DNA of 64,000 nucleotides from a virus (Duplodnaviria; Caudoviricetes): IMG/VR virus record IMGVR_UViG_3300024269_004845; one strand, 5' to 3'. Shown piece by piece: positions 40,377 to 49,270 of this stretch (position 1 is its first letter; each line of letters starts with the position of its first letter). The notes under the pieces were generated by a model. It saw only the letters and a program-made list of their open reading frames with translations, ran no database searches and was not told where the DNA came from. The position numbers and the translations under genes were made by a program.

Positions 40377-40832
40377 ATGAAGATTATTGACGACACTAAT
40401 TTCACAATTCAGGATTATAAGGATGCGCTTGGGTATTTAAAATATTTAAGTAAAGAACATCCCGAAATGTCTCAGGATTGCTTCGAGGATATAGATGCAA
40501 TCAAAAACATTTTGGAAGAAGCAGAGATTGAAAAGCTTGATAATATTCAGAGCAAGCGAAATAAACAACAGCGCAAAAGAAGAGAGTATTATAAGAAGAA
40601 GAAATTGTATGAGAATACAAAAAACTCTTGGGGTGCTCCTATTTACAAACATGAAGACGGTAGTTTGAGGCGTTGTAGTTGGGGAGAAAATAGAAAAAGA
40701 TTCTATAAAAAGCATAGCAATAGGTTAAATCGTAGAAATTCAAATAAAATGTTGAGAACTCTTGGTACATACGAATGTAGAAAAGGGAATCATTATCGTA
40801 GAGTTTTTGACTATGCTTGGGAAATAGATTAA
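40377..40832 (+). CDS. Hypothetical protein, acidic N-terminus and very basic C-terminus
   Basis: Own promoter, RBS AAAGGTGG, terminator at 40836-40864. Confidence 0.7.
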   Translation: MKIIDDTNFTIQDYKDALGYLKYLSKEHPEMSQDCFEDIDAIKNILEEAEIEKLDNIQSKRNKQQRKRREYYKKKKLYENTKNSWGAPIYKHEDGSLRRCSWGENRKRFYKKHSNRLNRRNSNKMLRTLGTYECRKGNHYRRVFDYAWEID

Positions 40833-40907
40833 ATCGTAGAGCGGCCATGTTGGCCGCTCTATTTGTATATATCAAAAAAGCGTCTGGAGACCCCAGACGC
40901 TTTAATA

Positions 40908-41942
40908 TTAATAGAGAACATAGCTACGACCGCCATCATAGGCCTTAACAAATTTTTCTCCTTCATTGGTCTTTTCAAGGTTTTCAAATAGACCCTTGGT
41001 GAATACCATGGAAACAATATCCGCCAGGAGCATTGCATGCTTAGTACGAGGAGTAATGGAAGGATTATATTCAAGCTTACTCTTGGAAGAAACAATCATA
41101 TGAATAAGTTCCTTTATGATATCGGAATTAACATCATAAGAATTGCCATCCTTGTCAGTTTTTCCTTCCATCTTCATTAACTCTCTGGTTATGATGTCTC
41201 TGGTTACCAAAGTGTCGTTATCAACGATGTTACTTTCTGTTTTTACGATGTTCCCACCTTCATCAAATTCGAGCATAAATGCTCGACCAACATTACAGAG
41301 AATCGCTCCCGCAAGCATTAGGTCCATATTAAACTTAGGAGAACTATCTCCAAAGTTAGAATTGAGAGCAGTTACTGTAGAATGAGTAAGATTAATTGTA
41401 TCCGCAATCATATTAATGATTCCATGTCTTTCATTATATGCAGAATGTTCGGTAGCGGGGTTTTCCATAATCTTTGCTACCGTTTCCTTGTTCTTATACA
41501 CTTCAAAGCAGAGCTTGTTTAGTGTTTTATCTTCAATTCGGGAAAGAGCGGCTTTCAGCTGTGCGGAGGACGTGTTCTTCTCTTCTTCTTTCTTTTCTTC
41601 GACTTCCTTTTTTTCTTCTTCGGAAAGAACTTCACAATGAATGTTGTGGATTTCAATTGCCTGATAGTTCTTTGTGCCAACAGTATTGGTTACAAACTTA
41701 ATATCTGCGACGCAAGGAATCTTCTGTCCGATGTGCTCTTCAAAAAATTTAAACAGCTTGTTACTAGGGAAAACCAACTGGTTAATAGAGTTTTTGCTAA
41801 CATCATCAGTAAGCTTCAGCAAAATATTAGAGTTGCTTTTCACAACTTCTATCTTGCCAGAAATCTGGACTAGAGCTCCGTCCTTAAATACCAGTTTGGA
41901 AGGTTCATATACAAGTTCTTTTTCCATAAACTTCTTAATCAT
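40908..41942 (-). CDS. YhaM-like protein with degenerate HD site
   Basis: OB-fold-like N-terminus; DLMLAGAILCNVGR in place of DLL.AG.ILHDIGK; LIHMIVSSK in place of LLHMILSHH. Confidence 0.7.
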   Translation of the reverse strand: MIKKFMEKELVYEPSKLVFKDGALVQISGKIEVVKSNSNILLKLTDDVSKNSINQLVFPSNKLFKFFEEHIGQKIPCVADIKFVTNTVGTKNYQAIEIHNIHCEVLSEEEKKEVEEKKEEEKNTSSAQLKAALSRIEDKTLNKLCFEVYKNKETVAKIMENPATEHSAYNERHGIINMIADTINLTHSTVTALNSNFGDSSPKFNMDLMLAGAILCNVGRAFMLEFDEGGNIVKTESNIVDNDTLVTRDIITRELMKMEGKTDKDGNSYDVNSDIIKELIHMIVSSKSKLEYNPSITPRTKHAMLLADIVSMVFTKGLFENLEKTNEGEKFVKAYDGGRSYVLY

Positions 41943-41959
41943 AACATATATCTCCTTTT

Positions 41960-42787
41960 TTATTTTCTAGGTTTGCGAACACTCTTATCAGAATCCCAAA
42001 CAGATACATTCTGTTTCTTTTGCTGAGAGTTTTGGTTTTTATTTTTAGTGTGATTGTTGGATTCCTTTTTAGGCGTTCTTTGAGTATCAGTCTGTACTCG
42101 ACTTGCAGGCTTTGTATATGGCTTATAGGCACTGCCATTATAGGTTGCGGGAGCCATATTAGGCATTCTCTTGCTTGTCTGTACATATTGAGTATTCTGT
42201 GCGTCTTCCGTAATTGGGATATCGGGAATTTGATTTGTAAGATTTTTTACCTTGTAGTGGTATTCCTTAATTGCAATATCTTTGGGGTATAAGAGCAATA
42301 CAGAAGGAAGAATTACTAAAATTATGCCAACAATCAAAATAGGGATTGTTATAGACTGTAAAGCTAAAATAAATAGGCCTTTGAAATCCCAAGAATTATT
42401 GATTAGATAAATCGCCATAGCTCCTAAAAATCGAGTCATTCCAGTATACATAATAATACAAAGAGAAATTAGACCGATTTTGTTGAGTTTTCTAGATTCG
42501 CTTGCAACTTCTTTAATTGTTGCTCGTCTTATCATTGGAACAATTCCACATCTTAAAACGATAAAGGATAGAGTCAAAAAGAAGTCAATTACAAGCCATC
42601 CATTATTTAAATATCCGTCATTTAACATTAATAGGCTCGATAGCACACCGAACAAAATACCAATTCTGGAGGTTGCATGGACGGCATTTACCAGACGAGG
42701 CTGGGAGTACGGCCAATTATATGTTTTTGAATTACTCTGTACATATTGAGGATTAAGATTTCTTTCCGCTAAATTACTCTTCTGCAC
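41960..42787 (-). CDS. Four-TM membrane protein with polar C-terminal tail
   Basis: Hydrophobicity pattern; GTG start after AAGGAGG; TTGATA-N17-TATTAT promoter. Confidence 0.7.
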   Translation of the reverse strand: MQKSNLAERNLNPQYVQSNSKTYNWPYSQPRLVNAVHATSRIGILFGVLSSLLMLNDGYLNNGWLVIDFFLTLSFIVLRCGIVPMIRRATIKEVASESRKLNKIGLISLCIIMYTGMTRFLGAMAIYLINNSWDFKGLFILALQSITIPILIVGIILVILPSVLLLYPKDIAIKEYHYKVKNLTNQIPDIPITEDAQNTQYVQTSKRMPNMAPATYNGSAYKPYTKPASRVQTDTQRTPKKESNNHTKNKNQNSQQKKQNVSVWDSDKSVRKPRK

Positions 42788-42924
42788 TTCCGAGTCCTCC
42801 TTTACTTACTTAATTACAAATATATAATAACATATTTTTAAAAGAATATCAAGTCTTTTCTATTGATTTTTTTAAAAAAATGTGATATGATATAATAAAT
42901 ATATTGATTGCGGGAGGTAAATCC

Positions 42925-43530
42925 GTGGAGATAATTGCTTTGGGAGCTGGAGTATTATTATATCAAATATTCTGGTACTTGTTTATAAAAGACTTTAAAG
43001 TAAAAAATATGTGGTACATAATATCTGTTGCTTTAACATTTGTTATTTTGGGAGGGTATTATTATTTCCACAATGGGATTGGGATTGAATTATTACCATA
43101 TGCTTTAAATTTAGTAATTTTGATAAATTTATCAATTATTGATTGCGAATATTTTGAAATATCTGGCAAGAGCTATTGGTATTTATTTTTCCCGACAATT
43201 GCTATTCTTATACTTAATTATCCAATAATGCTAGAGCATTTAATATCTTTTATAATAATCTTTTCAATATTTTGGATAATAGATAAGATAGTGGGGGTAG
43301 AAAAAATAGGTGGAGCGGATGTAAAGATATTAATGATATTGGCATTAACGGTATCATTTTTTGATTCCATTACACTACTTGGATTATCTTTTGTATTTGA
43401 TGTATTCTTTTTTATGGTGAAATTTCCAATAGATAAAATACGTGGGAAGACTGAGAGAACAAAAATACCAATGATTGTGTCTATAACTCTTGCCTGGATA
43501 ATTGCTTCTCTGATGAATTTTACAATATAA
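42925..43530 (+). CDS. Prepilin peptidase (A24 family aspartic peptidase)
   Basis: Polytopic; LSIID and IGGADVK catalytic aspartates; C-terminal KIPM. Confidence 0.8.
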   Translation: MEIIALGAGVLLYQIFWYLFIKDFKVKNMWYIISVALTFVILGGYYYFHNGIGIELLPYALNLVILINLSIIDCEYFEISGKSYWYLFFPTIAILILNYPIMLEHLISFIIIFSIFWIIDKIVGVEKIGGADVKILMILALTVSFFDSITLLGLSFVFDVFFFMVKFPIDKIRGKTERTKIPMIVSITLAWIIASLMNFTI

Positions 43531-43578
43531 AAATAAAACCCTGGAGAATATTCTCCAGGGTTTTTGTTATTGAAAAAA

Positions 43579-43767
43579 TTAGGCAAAAGAAACATTTGAA
43601 AATTCGCCTGCAAAATAGGTACAAACAACATATGCAGAATTACCAACTGGCAAATCTCTGTCAGACTTTATGACTATCATTCTTCTATTTGGCATCCTTA
43701 TAAAATATTCAAAACCCTTTTCAAGTGGTTTTTTACTTATGATTTCAACTTTTCGAATATCATTCAT
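43579..43767 (-). CDS. Small hypothetical protein (OB-fold-like)
   Basis: RBS AAAGGAG; ends at the terminator at 43536-43565. Confidence 0.6.
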   Translation of the reverse strand: MNDIRKVEIISKKPLEKGFEYFIRMPNRRMIVIKSDRDLPVGNSAYVVCTYFAGEFSNVSFA

Positions 43768-43893
43768 AATAAAAACTCCTTTTCTCAATATCTGTAATTA
43801 TTATATTTTGTATTCTTTGAAAGTATAATTAAAATAATATATAAGGAATTTTTTAAGTTTGTCTAATAAAGTAATAAAAGGAGATGATAGAGG

Positions 43894-44529
43894 ATGAATA
43901 TAAAACGAATATCTCTGATTTTTATGATAATAATATTAAGTATCGTATTTTCGATTAATGCAGCCGCTACTTGCGGAGGAGCTATGTCAGAAGCTGAAAG
44001 TTATTACAGCGTTTATAATGTAAAAATAGATATTTTAGCTGCTGGGCCAAAATATCCAGATGTGGGACAAAGTGAAATAAGCGAGGTAGACTCTGCATGG
44101 AGCCATTCTACTGGGAAAACTGCATCAAACACAAGCAAAAATGATTTTGGTTACGCTATTACATACGTAATGGAAAATGGAACAATTTGTAACTTATATG
44201 CGGAGTCTGTTCCAGATAATTTTGGTATTTGGAACACGGATATTGTTATTAATGATGGGCGAGTAGTTGTTACTGGAGTAGATGGTGATGACCAAAGTGC
44301 GTGGAATTTGATTTATAGTAAGTACAAAGGAGTAATCGTAGGAATTGCAGGATTAGGTACCATTACTTGTGTTTTAGCATTTGTAATATTCTTTATGAAA
44401 ATGGGAGCTACATCTGGCAATCCTGCAGAGCGCTCTAAGTGTTTAACTATGCTTCTGTTTACAGGCGCTGGTGCTGCTGGGTTGGGTGCTGTAACATTGA
44501 TTTTCGGATTCTTCTGGAATCTAATATAA
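43894..44529 (+). CDS. Exported protein with C-terminal TrbC/VirB2 pilin-like two-TM hairpin
   Basis: Signal peptide; TM-KMGATSGNPAERSK-TM pattern of Firmicutes conjugative pilins. Confidence 0.55.
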   Translation: MNIKRISLIFMIIILSIVFSINAAATCGGAMSEAESYYSVYNVKIDILAAGPKYPDVGQSEISEVDSAWSHSTGKTASNTSKNDFGYAITYVMENGTICNLYAESVPDNFGIWNTDIVINDGRVVVTGVDGDDQSAWNLIYSKYKGVIVGIAGLGTITCVLAFVIFFMKMGATSGNPAERSKCLTMLLFTGAGAAGLGAVTLIFGFFWNLI

Positions 44530-44534
44530 AAAAG

Positions 44535-44566
44535 AAAAGACTTGAACGGCTGTTCAAGTCTTTTTT
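44535..44566. terminator. Bidirectional terminator
   Basis: aaaagacttgaac-ggct-gttcaagtctttt. Confidence 0.85.
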
Positions 44567-44667
44567 GTTTTGCTCCCGCCCACAAACAAAACGTGATACA
44601 TGCCAACACACAGTCCAAGTATCCCCATCATAATTTATATTCTTTACCATTGTTAATCTATATATAA

Positions 44668-44696
44668 ATTATATGAAGCTTTTCGATATAATATAA
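44668..44696 (-). promoter_or_regulatory. sigmaE-like promoter driving a short transcript
   Basis: TTATATT-N14-CATATAAT on the minus strand; next terminator about 100 nt downstream. Confidence 0.45.
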
Positions 44697-44788
44697 TTAT
44701 TGTATTAACTGCTTTTTATTGATTTTTTTATGACAAATAAAATATGATAATATTAAGTTTTAGTATATTTGGCTAAGGAGGTTTTTCG

Positions 44789-47017
44789 ATGAACGAAAAT
44801 ATGAAAATACTTTCTGAGATAGCAAATGAATTTTTAGCTTCTGGAGATATTTATGACTTAGATAAAAATAAGAGTGAAATTTTATTTCCATTCTTTGAAG
44901 AAATCTTGGGCTATGATGCACTTGCTGTCGGAGATATAGTAGTTGCCCCTGCGTATACATCTGATGGTACGTATAAACTAGATTATGGATTAAGAAGCAA
45001 TACTCCTGGTGTTTATAAAAGCTGTTTTAAAGTTATAAATAGGGGCGAAAAATTTGAAGACCATGTTCAAAATATTAAAAAGTGTTTGGTCATGGCAGAA
45101 ACAGAATTTGTTGTTGTTACGGACTGTTTCGAATATAAATTTTATGCATATGACGATACAAGAGAAGATATCATAGATATTGGTTTCTATTCTTTAATTA
45201 ATCCCGAAGAGTGCGATTATGGTTTAATTCCATTGATTGAATGTCCAAAAGAAAGAACTCCAAAGCAGGAGTTTGCAGTTAGAGATGATGAACCAGAAGA
45301 CGCTGGATTGAATATTGTTGAAGAACCATATGAACCACCTGTTATTCCAAAGAAAAAGGCTGCGCCAAAGAAGAAGAAAAAAACAGACAAGAAAATATTT
45401 ATTATTGGTGGAGTAATTATTGCTTTGTTAGTATTAATTATAATTCTTGCATTTGCAACTAGGGATGAAGAAGGTAATTTCTTTAGCGAGTTCCCATTAA
45501 TTGGCAGTCAAAGCGGAATAGAAAAAGGGCAATTAGATGGTAAGCTGACAATAGATGTTAGTATGGATTCTGTTGTTTCTATGGGGATATATTCTAGAAA
45601 TATTCCTGCTGGCGGGGTTATTAAATTTGAATTAACATCTGGGACTTATCAAGATGCTGTTTATGGCAGTATTGGCAATGACGGTAATGCATATGCAAGT
45701 TTTACGATTCCTGCTTTTTGGGATGAAGAAACTATAACCGTAATTGCTTATTTAAGATTTGATGAGGGTAGCTATGCTCAGCCTAGCAATATAAAAGCTG
45801 AATTTGGAGAAATTGGTGAAAAAATTATTGGCAAAGAAGGGGCTCCCGATAAATTTGCTATAACTTATGGAACCATTACTCATAATAGCCAGGCTGTAAA
45901 AGATAAGCTAGCTGCTGAATTATTAGAAAAAGAAAAGAGAGAAAGAGCTGAAAGGCTTAAAGTTTTTGGGGCTTTGAACATTCGGGTTGATAGTATTGGA
46001 AACTGGAAAATATTACCTGCAGAATATGATATGAATGAGTCTAACATTACAAAGAGTGTAAATATTTATCCTCAAGTATTCTATAATGCATCTGAAAATG
46101 CTCCTTACTTCTATTTAGTTTGTGGGGACCTAAAAGCTAATCCAATATTATTCACTGATATTATCTTCTATGCAGACGGTTATCAGTGGGCTTATGAAAT
46201 TCCTAATGACATTAAAGAAGTTTCAGTAAATAATGGCGTTTGGAAAGAATGGGCATATTTAGATAACTACGATTTCCCTGATATTGTTGATAAGGCAAAA
46301 CTTTTGGGAAGCTCTGATGTAAGCAAAATTACATTTAAGGGAAATCAGATAGTTGAGCATGTACTATCTCAGGGAGAAAAGAATAATATTCTTACAATGA
46401 TTGGTGCATATAGTACTTATTTCAATATCGGAAGCGCTCCTAAATCTGAGTGGTATGTTGAGTATATGGAAAGCAAAAATCCAAATAGTAATAAAGACAA
46501 CCAAAGTGGTAGTACAAATATAAGTTCTAATATAGCTTTAAATTATATTAAAAAGCCTGTATCCGTATTTGAAAGAGAAAGCGCTGCAGAGAAAGAATTA
46601 AATACTTTATTATTAGATATTCAAAACAAGAGATTACAGGGGCAAACCGTAAGCGCTGCCGAAGAAGCTCAATTAGAAATTTATATGAATAGATATAAGG
46701 TTTTAAGTGAAGAACTAATTGAAAAACTGTTTTCAGAAATTGTGATAGCTCAAGGAACATTAACTGAAGAACCTGAGTTTGATAAATTGGATAGTGGATA
46801 CTACAAGTTCTATTTTGAATACAATACTCCTTCTGCGAAAATTGAAAATGGGTATTTAAGTGAGTTGTATTTACTGCCTAATCAAACAGTTTATATTCCT
46901 ATTAAAAGTGTAATAACTCCTGAAGATAAGGCTTATGCTTCATTTAAGATGAGTAATCAAACGTATAAAGATTTATTATATTTCATATCTACAACTGATT
47001 ACGATATTGTTTCATAA
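44789..47017 (+). CDS. Bitopic membrane protein with degenerate HsdR_N (type I restriction endonuclease N-terminal-like) domain
   Basis: ILFPFF..LGYD...KLDYG...HV..I......FVVVTD..EYKFY; single TM at about aa 203-223; about 520-aa exported region. Confidence 0.65.
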   Translation: MNENMKILSEIANEFLASGDIYDLDKNKSEILFPFFEEILGYDALAVGDIVVAPAYTSDGTYKLDYGLRSNTPGVYKSCFKVINRGEKFEDHVQNIKKCLVMAETEFVVVTDCFEYKFYAYDDTREDIIDIGFYSLINPEECDYGLIPLIECPKERTPKQEFAVRDDEPEDAGLNIVEEPYEPPVIPKKKAAPKKKKKTDKKIFIIGGVIIALLVLIIILAFATRDEEGNFFSEFPLIGSQSGIEKGQLDGKLTIDVSMDSVVSMGIYSRNIPAGGVIKFELTSGTYQDAVYGSIGNDGNAYASFTIPAFWDEETITVIAYLRFDEGSYAQPSNIKAEFGEIGEKIIGKEGAPDKFAITYGTITHNSQAVKDKLAAELLEKEKRERAERLKVFGALNIRVDSIGNWKILPAEYDMNESNITKSVNIYPQVFYNASENAPYFYLVCGDLKANPILFTDIIFYADGYQWAYEIPNDIKEVSVNNGVWKEWAYLDNYDFPDIVDKAKLLGSSDVSKITFKGNQIVEHVLSQGEKNNILTMIGAYSTYFNIGSAPKSEWYVEYMESKNPNSNKDNQSGSTNISSNIALNYIKKPVSVFERESAAEKELNTLLLDIQNKRLQGQTVSAAEEAQLEIYMNRYKVLSEELIEKLFSEIVIAQGTLTEEPEFDKLDSGYYKFYFEYNTPSAKIENGYLSELYLLPNQTVYIPIKSVITPEDKAYASFKMSNQTYKDLLYFISTTDYDIVS

Positions 47018-47062
47018 AAAACAAAAATACCAGCGATTATCGCTGGTATTTTTGTTATTCAA

Positions 47063-48142
47063 TTAATATCTAACTATAGTATATTCATCTTTGATTAATA
47101 CTATTAATGCATTTAAATATTCAAATGCCATAGAGTTTTCATATCTCTGCAAATAATATCTTGTTGCGGATAAATATTTGTTTTCTCTCATTCCTCGAGC
47201 TTTTAATGATGCGTCTGCTTTCAGAACAAGGTTTGTACCTATTCCATTTTTGTTGGTAATGAGAGTTTCTATAGTCTGAAAATCTCTGATTTTTAATAAT
47301 TCTGCAATATCCAATATTTGTATCAATGCACTTTTGACTAGCACTTGAGAATCTGTAGAAAGTTCAGACACCTTACTAAATAATTCGAGATAATTAGTTC
47401 TTGTTTTTTCAAGTGAAATATCTTCTGGGTCAGCCAAAAATTTAAGTTTTTTTGTGCTTGCAGTATAAGTGTTTATCATCTTAGATAATTCATCTTTAAG
47501 ATTATACTTATCAACATCAATATTTTTTACATATTGGTTAATTGGAAGTGTGGTGTCAGAATTTAAGTATTCTTCCTTAAGCTTTTTTACATTTTCTTTT
47601 ATGTCTTCATTATTAAATGTTTTTGTATCTTCAGGGGTAACTCTATTAAAAGAAGACAAATATTCTGGGATAAAATGTTCGAAATTTTCAAAATCAAACT
47701 GTGGTTTATTTTTCTCAACTGGCTTTGTTGGGGTTTTATTGAATTGGATTACGATATTTTGTCCATTTGCGGGGATATTAACAGAAGATGATACTTGCCA
47801 TCCATCCTTCACTTTGGTTACTAAGTTTTTTGCTTGTAGTTCAGTCATAATATTTGCGAGCATATTTCTAGAGATTTGAAGGTCATTGATAATCGTATCA
47901 TATGTTCCAACGTAAACACCCTCATCGTTTGAATGGTTAAGCAAATACAGTAAAATGTCAATGCTTTTATCATTTAGGTTTGTAGCTAAAGACAAATATG
48001 TCTTTAAAAAGCCGTTTGGTGAAAAATTTTTCTGAATGACCGTGGGAGAAGCAATCAGATTTTTGGTTAGATTTGCAAAATTATTAAAGAATGTTTCGTC
48101 AATACCTTCAAGTAGAGAATTATAAAAGTCATTATTATTCAT
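47063..48142 (-). CDS. RepL-like winged-helix replication/maintenance protein with C-terminal extension
   Basis: ILLYLLN......VGTY..I..DL.IS......M.ELQ.KNLV.K..GW.V resembles Firmicutes plasmid RepL. Confidence 0.6.
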   Translation of the reverse strand: MNNNDFYNSLLEGIDETFFNNFANLTKNLIASPTVIQKNFSPNGFLKTYLSLATNLNDKSIDILLYLLNHSNDEGVYVGTYDTIINDLQISRNMLANIMTELQAKNLVTKVKDGWQVSSSVNIPANGQNIVIQFNKTPTKPVEKNKPQFDFENFEHFIPEYLSSFNRVTPEDTKTFNNEDIKENVKKLKEEYLNSDTTLPINQYVKNIDVDKYNLKDELSKMINTYTASTKKLKFLADPEDISLEKTRTNYLELFSKVSELSTDSQVLVKSALIQILDIAELLKIRDFQTIETLITNKNGIGTNLVLKADASLKARGMRENKYLSATRYYLQRYENSMAFEYLNALIVLIKDEYTIVRY

Positions 48143-48256
48143 TGTGAATACTCCTTTACATTTTAGTTTATTTTTTATATACTATATAGTATCATACAGT
48201 ATTCTTTTTTAAAACTAAAAAATGCTCGAGAGTTTATTTTTTAAAACTAAAACAGA

Positions 48257-48290
48257 AAAAGACCTGAATCGAATGATTCAGGTCTTTCTT
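48257..48290. terminator. Intrinsic terminator
   Basis: aaagacctgaatc-gaat-gattcaggtcttt. Confidence 0.8.
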
Positions 48291-49238
48291 TTAGAGAATT
48301 TCGCGGAGAGCTTTCTTGGCTGCAGGGGTCTGCAGCTTTTCAAGGGCCTTCTTGTAGAGCTGACCGATACGCTGCTTAGAAACACCATATCTTTCTGCCA
48401 GTTCATCAAAGGTTTCCTTCTGGCCACAGAAGCCAAAATGGCAGGCGAGAATATCGGTTTCTCGGTCGGTGCAATGCTGCTTAATAAGTCTGAGGATACA
48501 CTGGGTACGTTCGTCCTTAAGGTAGTTACCTTCGACGTCCTCATTCTCATCTACAACCGTCTTTCCGATAGAATCCTTATCGTCGTTGCCTTCGTAATCG
48601 AGGCTCAGAACTTCGGAATTCTTCTTCGCGGCCATGGCTTTCTTGATGTCAGAAACCTTTAGGCCCGTTGCCTTAGCCAAATCCTTATCGGTGTATTCGA
48701 TATTGGCAAGTTCAAATTCGCGCTGTGCGTTATTGATTTTGCCAATCATCTCAACCATATATACAGGAAGTCTCATTGCAGAGGTATTTTCCTGCAGACA
48801 GCGCCTTACGGTAGCAGTACACCACCATGTAGCGTATGTACCGAAGGTGTAGCCCTTAGCGGGGTCAAAGCGGTCCACGGCCTTTACAAGGCCCAGATTG
48901 CTTTCCTGGACGAGGTCCAGAAGAGGTACGCCTCGGTTCTGATACTTCTTGGCGATGCAAAAGGCTAGACGTAGGTTATGCTGAATAACCTTATTCTTTG
49001 CCTCTGCTGTGCCCTCCTTGATGAGTGCGGCAACTTCCTGCTTAGAAAGCAGAGGATACCGTCCGATTTCTCTCAGGTAGGACTTAACAGCATCTACGCT
49101 GTAAGAGTCGGCTACAATCTCTTCGGACATTTCTTCCTCAGAGACTTCTTCTACACTGTCGAGATTCATCTCATCGTCAGTGGTTTCCATAATGTCCTTT
49201 GCCATCTCTTCGATGTCATAGTTAGCTTTTCGGCTCAT
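48291..49238 (-). CDS. RpoD/SigA-like sigma70 factor, divergent
   Basis: Region 1.2 DAVKSYLREIGRYPLLS; region 2 NLRL...AKKY.NRG..LLDLVQE.NLGL.KAVDRFD..KGY.F.TYATWW; region 4 HTH. Confidence 0.92.
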   Translation of the reverse strand: MSRKANYDIEEMAKDIMETTDDEMNLDSVEEVSEEEMSEEIVADSYSVDAVKSYLREIGRYPLLSKQEVAALIKEGTAEAKNKVIQHNLRLAFCIAKKYQNRGVPLLDLVQESNLGLVKAVDRFDPAKGYTFGTYATWWCTATVRRCLQENTSAMRLPVYMVEMIGKINNAQREFELANIEYTDKDLAKATGLKVSDIKKAMAAKKNSEVLSLDYEGNDDKDSIGKTVVDENEDVEGNYLKDERTQCILRLIKQHCTDRETDILACHFGFCGQKETFDELAERYGVSKQRIGQLYKKALEKLQTPAAKKALREIL

Positions 49239-49270
49239 ATTTTTTCCTCCTTGTTTTTTTCCTTTGTTTT

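Noticed and set aside
44459-44650. 63-aa minus-strand ORF from the track
   Set aside because: No RBS, and it runs through the terminator into the opposite gene.
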